Below, piece after piece: positions 1-13,508 of a stretch of DNA of 64,000 bases. The stretch covers positions 2,108,001 through 2,172,000 of the forward strand of contig JBHGNT010000005.1 of assembly GCA_043228905.1 (NCBI GenBank), in the 5' to 3' direction. A model generated the notes under the pieces. It searched no databases, was not told the origin of the DNA, and worked only from the letters and a program-made list of their open reading frames with translations. Numbering within the stretch: position 1 is the first letter of the stretch; each line of letters begins with the position of its first letter. The translations under genes were made by a program, and so were the position numbers. This stretch comes from Azolla caroliniana (taxonomy: Eukaryota; Plantae; Polypodiophyta).

Positions 1-2170
1 GTAAGGATTTCAAGAGTAGAGTATGCAAGGAAGCAATCTACTATCTACTATCTTATGAGTGAGACAACATATCCAACTTGAATGTAAATTTGTCATAATG
101 CAATAATTTAAGCCCCAATAAAGTTGTAAGTTTAAAATAATAGAATTTAGACCATTGCATCAATTAGATTGCAAAATTGAACCCTTTTTACCTAGGACAA
201 ATGTAACTACAACAAGAGTCCTCATTGGCTCAATATAGTTATCAAGATGATTATTGAGGGATTAAATTATGGTAACATAATCCAAACTTACTTGGCAAGT
301 TATAATTTAATTTGCTAAACTTGATCAGAAGTCAAGGCCAAAATGATGTGTATCCAAGTTAATGATTGTTATCGTACATTGTTGCATTCAAGTAAACAAC
401 ATGGTTAAAGACTTAATTAAGAACTTCATTCCCAAATGAAGTATCTCTTCACTAGCAAAAATAATTGATGTGAATAGAATCACATAATCAAGGTGACAAA
501 TGTGCATAAGGAGCGAAATGGTATGGTTATGCAAATTCAATGTCAATTTTGACTACAAAAGGCATGAAACTTGATTTTTTTTCGTTAACATCAGCAAAGA
601 ATCACCTAGTAGGTACTTCCTAATTTCAACTGAATGTTGCTCCCTATCATATCAATACATAGCATCTGACCTTACTTTGGAAATAAATTTAAGCCAATAA
701 ATCCTGTGTTGTAGAGTCCTCTGACTAAGATTTATAATGACAGGGCTTATTGTAGGGTTTTGGTAACATCTACCTCAAACATTTAGCCACTCCCTAGCTT
801 CTAGAATTATCTAGATTTCTTGGCCCAAATTTGTGTTCAAATTTAGAGTGTTCAATCATTGTTAATTGTTAAGTGTTAGTATCAGTATGGAGATTGCAAT
901 GAAGGATAGAATTGATGTTACAACTTACCGTTTATACGAGGGCTATTTCCAACACTACACCTCGTTGAATTGTTCTATAATTTATTGATTTTTTTCCTTC
1001 TCTCTCTTCCCCTTCCACGTGTAATAATTCTTGTGGTGTATTGATTTGTTCTATATCCTTCATAATGATTTTATTGGCTTGTTTGTTCGTCCTCATCCAT
1101 GTGATTTATACAATTTATTAATCATCTCCTCTATTTTTTTTATTGATTCTTAGTGTAGGATGCGTGGAATGCTAATGACTCTAGCTTTTTTCGTTAATGC
1201 GTTAACATGGAAACACACACTTGTGTTATTGTAATGGATGATACTACAAGTGGGCACATGATATTCTCCTATTATAAACTAAACATGTTTAATAAAGAGA
1301 GCATAAAAATGCTATGGGTATTATGGCAAATATAGTGAGCATGCAAAGACAATGATAGTGACTTTGAGAATGGATGAGTGATGGGTTTCCTATAATGGAC
1401 CTCATCACAAGGCAAATGCACACGCATAAACATTCATTCACGGAAGCATATATGATATGCATGTGCACAGACACACACATAGAAGCATGCACTTTCATCC
1501 AAAATCCCAGGCAAATGAAAAAATATGTGACATATATTGGGTATTCGGCCTTTGAATATGTTATGTATATGGTGGTTATTTTGTAATCCCTTTCTATTGA
1601 ACTCATGTGCTATCACGTGACTTTCATGACCTACCCATTAAGCTAGTTTTGGAAGATACATGAGACGATAAACTTGCCATATGGATAAGGCAAGCTCACT
1701 ATAAGAGGCCCCCACTAAACTCAATCTACAATTGCATAGGAGACATCAAATAATTTTATGAATGCCTTTTAAAGGGGTAAACAATTGGGGCCCACATCCT
1801 TGATAATCTATAGGATAAGTACATTTTACTCCATCTCATTGATGTTGTTGGAAGCAATTGGGGTCCAAATCCTCGATACTTACTGAATAAGTACATTTTA
1901 CTCTAGCTCGCTGATGTTGTAATCTTGGGTAATGACATTGATTGAAGTTTAAATTACCTTTTTGTACTTTTTTCAAAACATAGGGGTTGTGTTTAAAAGT
2001 TTAAGTATTTAGGTTACATACTCATATTCTCGCTTTTTGTTCATTATGATCAACTTTTTAGACCCAAAATCCATTAATACACTATGATTAGGCGCATGAC
2101 TCCTCTTTCAAGAAAACATTATATTCTCTTATGCTTAAGGAAGTGACAAGAAACTAGAGTCTTCAATTCA

Positions 2171-2172
<2 letters not shown>

Positions 2173-2213
<41 letters not shown>
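2173..2213. repeat. (CA)n microsatellite
   Basis: Uninterrupted AC dinucleotide run. Confidence 0.95.
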
Positions 2214-2217
<4 letters not shown>

Positions 2218-3949
2218 TATAATCTTATAATAATAAACTTGAGCTACCACCATAGATGAATCTTTCACTAATGTTTTGCATAATACCAAGTTTTTTTTCA
2301 CATTATTACATGGTGAACCAATATTTGTCAAAAAAATCCATCGAAGGATGATATTAGTAGTAAATAATTTTCAACTATAATCGTTCACTAAAGTTAGATA
2401 TAGAAATTTTTCAACTCAATGTTCGGAGTAGGCATGTTTTGTCACTCACGTAACATCAGAATTTGGTATATGTGTGGCATGTGCAATAGATGAACTAATC
2501 CACATTTTTAAAAACTTTCTAATGCTATGAGGGAAAGAAATATTGGTTCATAAGTGAAGTGTTATGATCATTCAAAAGTGGAAGATCGTTAGCATTCCCA
2601 AATTAAATACACATAGATCCTCCTAAGGATAGTCTTGTGGATCTTATTGATTGAACTTTGGTGTATTTTTCGCTTACTAATGCAAAGTAGTGTTTTTTGG
2701 AAAAAAAAACACATGTCTATCTAAAGTAGAAACCATGAACCATGTGCCATCATTGATATTTTTGTATGATTTCCCATCTTGGAAATATTATATTAATTTC
2801 ATAACGATTCTTGTGTTCTTGTGAAATATATTTGTAATGATGTCGAGGCAATCATTGTACTCTACAATGTGCCAAAATTGTTGTAAGCTCATTTGTCACT
2901 CAATAAACAACTCTATGTCGAATAACGGTAAAATGTAGCCTATGTAAGTTCTTTGTGACCATGTTTATTTATTGATGTACTAGTCTTAGAAGGCTCTAGA
3001 TTTAGAGACATCAACCTTACCTTTTCCCCATCAATGCTCTATAAATTCACTTATAGTGGTCCATAGATGCGGGATAGGTTTCCGACCTAATTATTTTGAG
3101 AGTGTGAGAGACAAAGACTCACTAGAATTTAGTATTGCCTTGCAACTTGGCAATTTTATCGTTTTCACTTGTTGTTTGGGAAATTTAAAATTTGTACTGC
3201 AATGTGGAAGCAACATATTATTTTCACTCGTTTGTGGGGAAAAATGTGGATAGTGCCAACATCCAGGAGTATAACTATGAATATGCATGATATGAAACTA
3301 GTAATAGGAACCTAAGAGTGAAGTGCTTTGCCCAAGAAGTGAATGCACAACCTTAATGTTGTGTCAACATTTAAAAGGTTGATGTTGTCTCGAGTGGTTT
3401 AAATGTTTTAAATGTTTTACATAAATCAATATGTCTTGTTGTTGTGAATGTGTGAGGACAAATAAATAAATAAAGTGAGTTTTTTGGAGAGGAGTGATTG
3501 TCCTAAGAGGCACAAACATTCTAGTATTAAACTAGTTTTCAAAGGCTATATTTGCCGATTGAATGCATTCAAATTATAATTAAGTTCATAATAATCAATA
3601 GTAATCAATACATGGATTTATATAACTAATAATATAACATACATTTTCCATATCCCTCTCATTGTATCAATTGCTAGTTCACTAATAGTCATACATCTAT
3701 GAATATTGGCAAACCCCAAGAATTGTATCAGGAAGTCAATCATTACCGGTCCTCAACAACACCTTGGCATACATATTTAGTAAATACCTTAATTTTAATT
3801 TCAAAAAGCAAACCTTAATCATTGTTGTTATGAACTCAATGATGATCATGAAGTTTTAAAACAAACATGAAGTGTTTCGTATAACAAGATGAACAAGTTC
3901 TTAACTTTTGAAGATTGTGTGTCTTTCATTCTAGATGCAAATCTCTATT

Positions 3950-4960
3950 ATAAAAAAAGTCGGTTCTACATTTATTTTCATTGCACTATATGTTGATGAA
4001 TTTTGCTTCTCTAACTCAATATAAATGTTAGCTTGAAGCGACATTTGACATGGTAGATCTGGGATCCATCAAATTGACCATCATAATACTAAGTATATTA
4101 TTGAATTATGTAATATTGGATTATCTTGTATATTGCCTCTTGCCACTTTAATTTTAATACCAATGGAGGATAGTTTTTTATAATAATAAAAGTATATTAT
4201 TGACTTACTTGACAAATATCATTTGACTCCATACCAAAACTCAACCCAATACACCTTCGGGAGTTCATGTCAAGTTGCTCCAACCAATGTCTCCTCAAAC
4301 AGAGGAGGAGTGAATTGCCATCTCTCGATACTGTTAGTTTCATTAGAGCTATAATGTACTTGGCACATTTTACAAGGCCAAACATAGGTTTTGGAATGTA
4401 GCCAATTATGTCAAATCTAGTGCGCTTATATTGGAATGCAAGCAACAAAGCTCTTCATTATCTCAAAGGAACTATAGATTATGCCCTTTTGTTATACTCG
4501 TCAAGATATTTCTTCTAATGGTCTACAATTGGTTGGTTATACAATATACTAATGTAGATTGGGGTCTTACACTTCTGGCTCTCCACGCGGTGCATGTTTC
4601 TTTATGAACAATTCTTTAATTTCTAGGTATAACAAGAAACAACTTTGTGTTGTTGTGTCCACCTTTAAAGCAAAGTATGTTGTAGTAAGTATGGCATGTT
4701 GGTAATTGATATCGTTGCGATGTCTCATTCAATACTTCCAATGGATTTTAAATGCTCTTGCACTTGTGCATTGTAATAGTCAAAATGATATTTCTTTAAC
4801 TAATGATAGGTTTTCCATTTCAACTTCTAAGTTCAAGCACTTTGCAATTAATTCATTCCATCACATTAGAAATCGAGAAAAAGACAAATATATCGCAATT
4901 TTGTCTTATTGACAATATGATAATAGATATATTTACTAAAACTTTGTTAGCAACAAAGTA
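3950..4960 (+). pseudogene. Heavily decayed Ty1/Copia RT-RNase H remnant
   Basis: Fragments in order across frames: LYVDE (YVDD-like), FDMVDLG, HYLKGTIDYAL, TNVDWG (DADW-like), NKKQLCVVVSTFKAKY, HCNSQNDISL (CDNQSAI-like), KHF and DIFTKTL (ADIFTKAL-like). Many stops and frameshifts; boundaries approximate. Confidence 0.7.
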
Positions 4961-6001
4961 TGATGATTCCATAGTTACAAATGCTCCCCTTGTCCTCTTC
5001 TTAATACACAATTTTGAATGGTGCCATAGTTTGTTTAACCTCAGCCCATGACCAAGCTTGTAAGAGGGAAAAGCATGCATGTTTGCATCATTGGTCAAAT
5101 TGTCGAACAAGTTTCTTTCATTGAGTTGGACATCCATAGTATGTTATGTGTTAAACCACAATAGTATATGGATGTGTATACATACATATACATGTTATGT
5201 ATTACCAAGGACCCAACTAAATCAACCATACACAACTTTATAGTTATCTCATCTTTTATGGTAGCCATGTTGACCCTTAATAGTATCTCAAGTGTTAGCC
5301 CACTATAGAACTCACAAATATGCATATGCACACTTATCCCCACATTTTTCCAAGGTTGTCACTTGGAAAATGTGAGTGATCACCAACCTTAAAGATTTGC
5401 TATTTTCATTAGATATTACGAAACATTGTTAACTCCCTTTTCATGAAGTGTCAATATAGGAACTAGTTTTAATATTGTATGTTGGTTTCTTGTTACATGG
5501 TACAATAGTAGATACCCAAAAAATGCATCAAACATTAATCTTACAACACTTCTAAGTTAGATTCTACAAGCATGCACCTTCATGAAATCCTTATCTAAAT
5601 GTAAGTTTCCATCTTAATGGTTCCAAATGCCCGTCGTAAACCTTGCTCAACGAAACATAAAATCGTTTCTCAAATTCCATCCATCAAGGCCCTCCTAAAA
5701 ATTTAAGATAATTTTCCATTGCAACTATGGTGACAAACAACCCATTAACTAACACATATTTGAACCAGATTTATTCATAAAAAGGAACAATTAAAAACTG
5801 AAAGGAAATAAAGCTTCATGGTGTGAAAATATGTGCAAAGCTAGGTTGATGGAAGTTATCATAAAATATGGATAAATTAAAAGTGTATACAAAAACTTTG
5901 TAGTTCAGTATGTCCGAATCAGGCACATAATGTCATCAAAGGACAAGCGGTCACGAATAATATGAACTCAAAGTCAAAGTTCAAGCCAACGTCAAGCTAC
6001 T

Positions 6002-6340
6002 GTAGATAAGTGAATTCCTTTCCTCTTTGAAAGAGAAGGGGAATGTGAATAAGTGTGAACACAAATAAAATAAAGAAAAGTGAAAGATAACATCCAAGAG
6101 TTGTGATGTTCCTAAGAGGCAAAACGCGCTTCGTATTAAACAAATATCTAAAGACAACATGCCAACCCATTGTAAGTCATAATCAACTAAGATGCCGTAG
6201 ATAACTAAATTCCTTTTCTTGTCAAAGCAAGAAGGGAATGTGAATAAGTGTGAATGCAAATAAATAAATACAAGTGAAAAGATAGCATCCAAGGGGTGTG
6301 ACTCCGACGAGGCTATATACCAACCCAATGTAAGTCATAT
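6002..6340. repeat. Diverged ~196-bp tandem duplication; partial third copy near 3440-3535
   Basis: gtagataa..ttccttt...gaagggaatgtgaataagtgtgaa...tgtaagtcata starts at both 6002 and 6198. Confidence 0.75.
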
Positions 6341-7124
6341 TCAACATCAATCCTTGTCTTTCTATAGCTTGTCATATTATATATGATAGTCCTATCCATT
6401 GGTGTATCATATTATTGTCACCTATGAGTTTGCAATATCCAAGAAAAGATTTGAACTTCAAAATAATACTAAAAACAAATCATGGAATTGATATACACAT
6501 TTGTTTATATAGTCTCCATCTTCATAAGGATAGCCACGGTGCATTTTGGGGATCTAATTGGTACACATTATCTAAGCAACCTAGGTCCATACTTGTGTAT
6601 TCATGTTCCTGGTCAAAGTATTTGTATTCATTATCTCCCAAGAGAGCTTAAACTCAAACTCCACGAATATTAAATTAGTAGTAGATAATGATTCATCACC
6701 CTATAAGAGAACTTATCTTTTTCAAAGTACCTTGCTAGAAAAAAAGGGTGCAATAATACGATGGGTATTACATTATTCTACAACGGAGAGATTCTTGATG
6801 TCATTATAAGGAAACGTAAGGGTTTTGAAACATGCAATACAATCCCAATCTCATCGATTTTGAAGACTACTTCTTTCCCCAAGACATCATTATATATATG
6901 GGTATGAATACAATTATAGTCATATTTGATTGGTTTCAGTTGTTAAAAATGCTCTAATAACTTTTGCAATTATTATAGTGGCCAACCAACCTTAGTATTC
7001 GTCATAATATCAAAATTACCCCCAAATGAAACTATAGAAAGACTAAGAGATACTTTTTTAACATAAACATTAGTACATATAAGGGAAAAAGAAACTAAAT
7101 GAGAAGTGTTTTGAGTAAGATTGC

Positions 7125-7319
7125 GATTTAGACTCTTCAAGTGTAAGGTCTAACTTAAAAAATAATGCTCATGTAAGGTTGGACTACATACTATTGGAGA
7201 GCCTAAGGGCTAAACTAGAAAAATGTGATTTAGACTCTTCAAGTGTGAGGTCTAACTTTAAAGGCAATGCTCATGTAAAGTTGGACTCCATACTATTAGA
7301 GAGCCTAAGGGCTAAACTA
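7125..7319. repeat. 102-bp period tandem duplication
   Basis: gatttagactcttcaagtgt...gagagcctaagggctaaacta at 7125 and 7227. Confidence 0.9.
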
Positions 7320-9082
7320 CAAAATAAGAAGGCTTTGATAAATCATCAAGCTGTCATCATAATTGATAAGTTAGATCTAATTAGGTTGTATCATATTTAG
7401 TTAGTTTTATCTTTATTGGTTATATGAATATCTTATTATGTGTCATGTTATTTAAATAAGGTTGTATGGTAATTTTAATATGTTGCTTTATTTAAAAATA
7501 AAACAAAACTTCCCTTAATAGCTTGTATGCTTTACCATTTACTTTTTGGCTTTTATTAAGGTCTACATCCAAGAAAAATATCCCTTAGTGTTTCTATGGT
7601 TTGACAAATGATATTAAGAGAAATACAAGGGGTATCATGAAATACAAGGAGTGTTTTGAGCCTTATAAAAATGACAAACAGTTATAAAAGCGTTCCGGCT
7701 GGCAAAGTTCATATCAATAATCAATAACATGTTTTCGTAGTGTATCATGAAACGGTTATGACCTAAAAGCTTGTACTTGTGGCCTATACTTTAGGGGATG
7801 TGCTTTTTGGTGATGTATATTGCATGTGGCAAAGATTTGATAGAAGGAAGACTAAAAATGATGGCGCATAAGCTCCCAACGCTTATTGCCATGTGATTTA
7901 CAACTTCAGAAAGTGACATATTTGAACTTATATAAGCCCGGGCAATCATGAAGAATGGTGAAAAAATATGATTTTCTAAAACAATCATTAGGATATCATC
8001 ATTTGAAAAGAAAAGTGAGGTGATTGAAAACTTTGTGTGGAGTCAGATGCCGCAATGAATCAACAACCAAGTCATGCATGTGTTGCATTTTGAAGATTAA
8101 ACTACTCACGCGATTTATTATAACATTAGACTTTAGATTAGGAGGTTTGACACTCAAGATGCTGAAATAAAAGTGAATTATGTACTCCAAAAATATTGAC
8201 AAAGGCACAAAGACATAACTATATTGGCATATAACACAATATAATATGTGACATTGGTGTTATACGTTAAAATGCATGATATAGTGCACAATGGATGTGT
8301 ACTAAACACAACAAAATATATAGATTTACACCTTGAGGAATGTTAGAAATTTTTTGAATATAAACTTATTTGGAATTCATTAAAAAGTCAAACATCCCAA
8401 TTATTTCGCCACGTAATGCACATTTTAGAAACTTCAACAACAAATGTAGACCTTAAGCTTTATTATCATAAACTAGAATTGATAAAAGGTTCTTTTCACG
8501 CTATGGCAGAGAGGATAAAAAATAAACAAGAAGCCATGTTTTTTTTAACCATAAACTTCTTGACACTGTCCTAGATCTCAAGGATCTTATACATAGCTTG
8601 GGCATTTGATATTTGTTTTATCAAGTACTTGAACAATGTTGAATTGCGAGAAAAGGTATTTGGATGTTTTATATCCTAAAATTAAGACACATGGGGTTGC
8701 AAGATAAGTGAAAAGTCATTAACTCGTTGTAGTGGACATAGGTATGCTAATGGCACAATAAATTGATGACATGTATGCCTCATAAAGATTGGAGACTTGG
8801 GATTGTCAAATGTATAGAGCATTACAATATTGTTCTGGGGAAGAAATTGACATAGAGTTATGGTAAAGGGAATTGACATAATTTTCAACATTTTCACAAT
8901 AAAATGAAATACATGTTCATTGTGTCCAAAGTTTTGTTTTTCTCACTTCCACGTGATAGGTTACATTTTGATCAAGTCCAAAAAAATGCTTCTCTAGGTC
9001 ATATAAATTACCAAGTGTTACCCCAATATATGTCAAAATGCCTTTCTATATAGTGCCTACAAGAAATGTTTGAAGTTATTCA

Positions 9083-9254
9083 GTTTTCTAGGTTGCATTG
9101 AACTTAGGTCTCTCTAATTGCCTCCCCATCTTGGCATCTTTAACTTCTTGATGTCTTTAGAATAGGGATGTGGTTTTCTAGGTTGCATTGTACTTAGATC
9201 TCTCTAATTGCCTCCCCATTTTGTCATCTTTAACTTCTTGATGTCTTTAGAATA
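9083..9254. repeat. 90-bp period tandem duplication
   Basis: gttttctaggttgcattg...gatgtctttagaata at 9083 and 9173. Confidence 0.9.
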
Positions 9255-10898
9255 ATACTTAAGGTTGTGCTAGATTTTCAACCACAAAGTGGTATATGCC
9301 ACCATCTGGTTTGCTTTCTAAAAATGTTAACTCAATTGCAAGGAGCCCCCATGATGTGAGAGTTGGTCAAAAGAAGTAGGGGTAATAGACCTAAGACTTA
9401 GATTCGCTAACATACTTTTCCAGCTCATGTGAAAAACAAATCAAGCATATGGTGATGCATACACGTTTAATCTGACCTACCTAACATTATATAATAAACA
9501 GGTGTATCAATGTGTGCATTCACAAATTATGATATTATAACATTAATGGTTATAAGGAATGATGATTTTGGTCATGATGCACACAAAGGCCTTCAAAGTT
9601 CTCAAGGTATCACTAATGACAGGTGTACACGATTCATGGAACATATTGACTCAAGGTTGCACATTAGAAAGGTTGTAGACTTTATAAAGTTTCCAAGCCT
9701 TTTAGTTTGTCTTCATTTGCTTTATGTTTTGTATGTGTGGAAGAGGACGTTATTAATTATCGACTCCATAAATTATTATGATATTACTTTCCATGACATG
9801 ATCCCCCTCTTCATGTGAAGCCACTCAATGCCTTAGGAAAACAAAATTTACTTTTAAAACTCCAAAAAGGAATGGTGGTTGGTTAGGCATCAACAAACTA
9901 CGCTCCCTTGTCACCATCTCCCAATTGCTATATCACGGGTACAAAGGCACCACATATTCCTAAGCCAAGAATAAAGTTTATGGTGTTTTTCAAGGCTATA
10001 AGTTAGTTATTAAAATATTGGTCATTCAACTTTCAACTTTAACATCAAAATTGCTTTTAACGAGCTAGTTGTTTTAAGTGATCAATAATGCAATTAATTG
10101 TTCACATGTGAGTTAGTTATATGTTAATATTCTACATAAGGGTCTTTCTCAAATTTGGTTGATTGATTATCTTCCAATCACGATCACGTAGAAGGGGCCC
10201 CAAATTTGCTAGAAACACAATTTCCAATGTAGCTTATCTTGTGATCATTAAGACAATCTTTTCATGTGGGTAGGGAAGGGAACAATATCTATAACAAACA
10301 CTAAAAACCATTGGTGTATCATTTTCACAATATTTCTAGCCTTTTAAGTGTTGACTCATGACGTTTGGGTTGTGGGAACCCCTCATGACATGGGAATGGA
10401 TATATATGTATTGGGCACTCAATAATTTTGTCCCCTTTAACGGTGGGTTGCTTGAGGATGAAGTGAACAACTTATGTTCTTGACTTCAATTGAGAATATT
10501 TTGTAGAGAGACTAGAGGTTAATGCCTAGGTTGCTGGATGGTGAGTTTGGAAGGGAGGTGCTCTCCTTTCAAAACAACAAAAAACAGAAAAAAATGAGAA
10601 AAAAAGAAACCACTAGTGCAATAGTACTATGGAATCCACTAGAACTTTCAAAATGATGCAAATGCTAAGTAAGAGGAAAGAAAAAAAAGGAAAAAAAAAA
10701 AGGAAAACAAGGAAAAAGAACAACTTAACAAGAAAGTTAGGATGCCTTAATCTCATGGGTGTCAAAAAATAATGATTCAATGGTGTCTTGTTTGGTTCAT
10801 GGGAAGAAACAAAACCAATATTATTCTTTTTACCTCATTTGTAACATCAAATATCCATCACATGCATATCATTTACAACATCACAATGGCTCTTAATA

Positions 10899-11804
10899 GT
10901 GAATCCATCAGTCGATGAGGTTGAGGAGGATTGGATCTTGTATGTAGTTAACGGCAAGCCACTCGAGTGTTTAGAATGGGATCCTGCAAAATACATGTGG
11001 AGGGGAGAACAAGATAAATCAAGAGGTTTCTTTGATTACTCAATGCGCTTGGGGAGAAAGTTATGCTTGCATTGTGAGAAGTGTGCCAACAAATGGACCC
11101 ATGTAGCTGTCGATTCGGTCTTTGTGGATAGAACCAGGAGCAGGATATGGAACTCATCCCACCCCAAGAGGGTCAAGGTGTTTTTTCGGTTAATCACCCA
11201 TCGGGTTGTTTCCATAGGAGAGTGGCTGGCGAAAAGGGGTGACATGAGTAATTGCAAGGCCTATGGAGCGAGTTTGGAGGACATCACACATTGTTTGTGG
11301 AGTTGCCCGTGTGCCCAAGAAGTTTGGACGAGGAGCTTAAGAATTCTAGCTCGATGTAGGGTTGAAGTTTAGGTATCAAGCGCAACAATTGTTTGGTTAG
11401 CTACTGAATTGACTGCGTGGTTTCATGGGTGGAATGGAAATAGTCCTTCTTTAAAGGTGGTGCAACGAAATGTACAACCTTCAACTCAAGGAGGTTCATT
11501 CTATATACAGGAACGATATGTAGATATTTGGTTTTTAGTGGCCGGCCTTACTGTTTGGCAAGTGTGGGTATCTAGGTGCAAGGAGTCATTTACCGGTAAG
11601 CAAACCCCACCCGTTGAGAGTTTAATGCTAATTTGGTTTAATCTTATTTCCACGTTACAAGGAGGTTTCCTTCTAAAATGGAGAGGTTCTCTGATGCTGC
11701 AAGTGGTGGATGACAATGCAAATTGGAGTTGGTTTCCTTGTAGCCATGCAAATTGGCTTGTAACATATGAGTTGTATATTATCCTATGTACATTGTCTAA
11801 CTAA
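10899..11804 (+). pseudogene. 5'-truncated L1-type LINE ORF2 C-terminus (zf-RVT zinc-binding region)
   Basis: IWNSSHPKRVKVFFRLITHRVV...CKAYGASLEDITHCLWSCPCAQEVW and WQVWVSRC match the plant L1 C-terminal CCHC region. A stop at 11370 splits it. Confidence 0.8.
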
Positions 11805-12036
11805 TGGAAGTAGTATTTTTTGGGATGGTGGCGATGGGTTGAGTGTGGTAGCTAGGGTAACCGAGGATGTGGCAGACTAAAGCTCAAGTAAAGATTGACG
11901 AAGGGTAGCGTTCTCGGCTTGGAGTTGTTCCAAAAGCTACGAGTATTTGGGGTAGGCTATCAAACGAATCGGACATGGCTTTCGATGTGTGGTTAGCGAA
12001 GAGGGGGAGAGAGTGAAGAATTGAAGGTGAACAAAC

Positions 12037-12437
12037 TGTTAAGGACAAAAGAATCAGAGCTACAAGGATGCGATCAACAAGCCTAAAAGCGCTACAAAGA
12101 CACGATTGACAAGCTAAGGGTAACTATCATTAATTGGTGTTGTTCACCTTGAATTCATTCAAGGTGAACTCAAATATTTATACTAAGCGGCATGCATGCC
12201 TGTTGAGTGCATGTGATACACTAGAGCATGTATGTACGCATGTATGTACGCATGCATGTGCCAAGTGTGAATAATACAATGGAGCAATTATGCTCATGAT
12301 GCTAACTTAAAGCTACAAGGAACAATTATGCATATAACAAATGTATATTAGACATGTTGGTTAACACATAACTCTCGATTATAACACAAGAGGTCACGAG
12401 TTCGGATCTAGACAAGATCGTTGTCATGTCTATGACA
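12037..12437 (-). repeat. LTR of element D (TGTCAT...TTAACA)
   Basis: Follows PPT ggggataa, has TG..CA ends and TATAAATA at 12182-12175, and is followed by a self-complementary PBS at 12033-12018. Confidence 0.75.
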
Positions 12438-13200
12438 TTATCCCCATTGTTTAGCACTGACTTCCAGGCAACACAGGCTTGTGTGGATAACGAAGATGGA
12501 AATCATGAATTGCCTCGTCAAATGGTGGTGAGGTTCCCAAGTAGCTTTAGATATCAGGTATCCTTTCCTGCGTACCAAGTAATGGAGTTGAGGATTTCTT
12601 CAACTTCATACTCATTACCACTCATTACCAGACTCCAATTCGATGGACGGTGGTCAAGCGGGTTGCCGCTTGGGAAGTACGGAGGGATGGTAAACCTCCA
12701 AGAGAGATACATGAAAAACTTCATGGATGCGATAGTGGGGAGGATGGTCGAGCCAATAGGCCACAAGATTGATACACTCAGAGATGTGGAAGGGGCCCAA
12801 TTTTGTATAATCTAGCTTGGCACATGGACGAGTGGTCGTAATATTGCGCTGTAGTAGCCAAACCATGTCACCTACTTGAAAGTTGGGCGCCGGAGCCTGT
12901 AGATGGTTGGTTGTTGCCTTTTGTTGGTCTTGCGCATTAACAAGCTCAAGAGTTAGATCTTGGTGGATTTCTTTTAGATGACGTGCCCGCTCTTCAACTG
13001 AGGGGTTCACCGAACCGGAGGGAAGGGATATGCTGAAGCGAGGTTGGAAACCAAAGTTGGCAAAGAATGGGGAGGTGCCGATGGATGAATGAAGGGTGTT
13101 ATTATAAGTGAATTCAGCCAATGGGAGGAACTTAGTGCACTCGTCTTGCTAGTAACTCACCACACATCGAAGATATTGCTATAGTACCTAATTTACGCGA

Positions 13201-13508
13201 TTAGCTGCTTGACTCGATCGGGTTGCGTGTGAGGGGACCCCCCCCCCCCCCCCCCCCGCTGCGAGATAGATTGAGGGGAAAAAGCTACTCTGTAACTCGT
13301 TTTTAGAGTAGATTATATCTTAACTATATTTATTGCGTCTCTACTCGTGATAGTAAGTTCCGGAGTACTGGGATTCTTAATCATTGGGTATACCTACTAA
13401 GAAAACTAATCTGATCCATAATGAAGCCCTTGAAAATACAAATTCTTTATTGCTGGACCAACCATCAGGAGACGCGAGCACGACAGGTACACCAACAACT
13501 AGTAAGAA
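13201..13508 (-). mobile_element. ~308-bp insertion in the D integrase, possibly a non-autonomous Helitron
   Basis: Removing it restores QTN|RVN in integrase. On the minus strand it lies between A and T, starts (T)TCTTACTAG, ends CTAA (CTRR), and has the near-palindrome aacccgatcgagtc 10 nt before the end. A 3-bp ATT duplication is an alternative reading. Confidence 0.45.

Noticed and set aside
5095-5343. KLCMVDLVGS resembling the kinesin switch-II motif (LVDLAGSE)
   Set aside because: A single imperfect motif with no other kinesin exons recognised nearby; may be chance or an unrecognisable pseudogene.
1-10890. Short ORFs (60-115 aa) in the AT-rich region as host genes
   Set aside because: No domains, composition typical of non-coding DNA, and no convincing exon chain.
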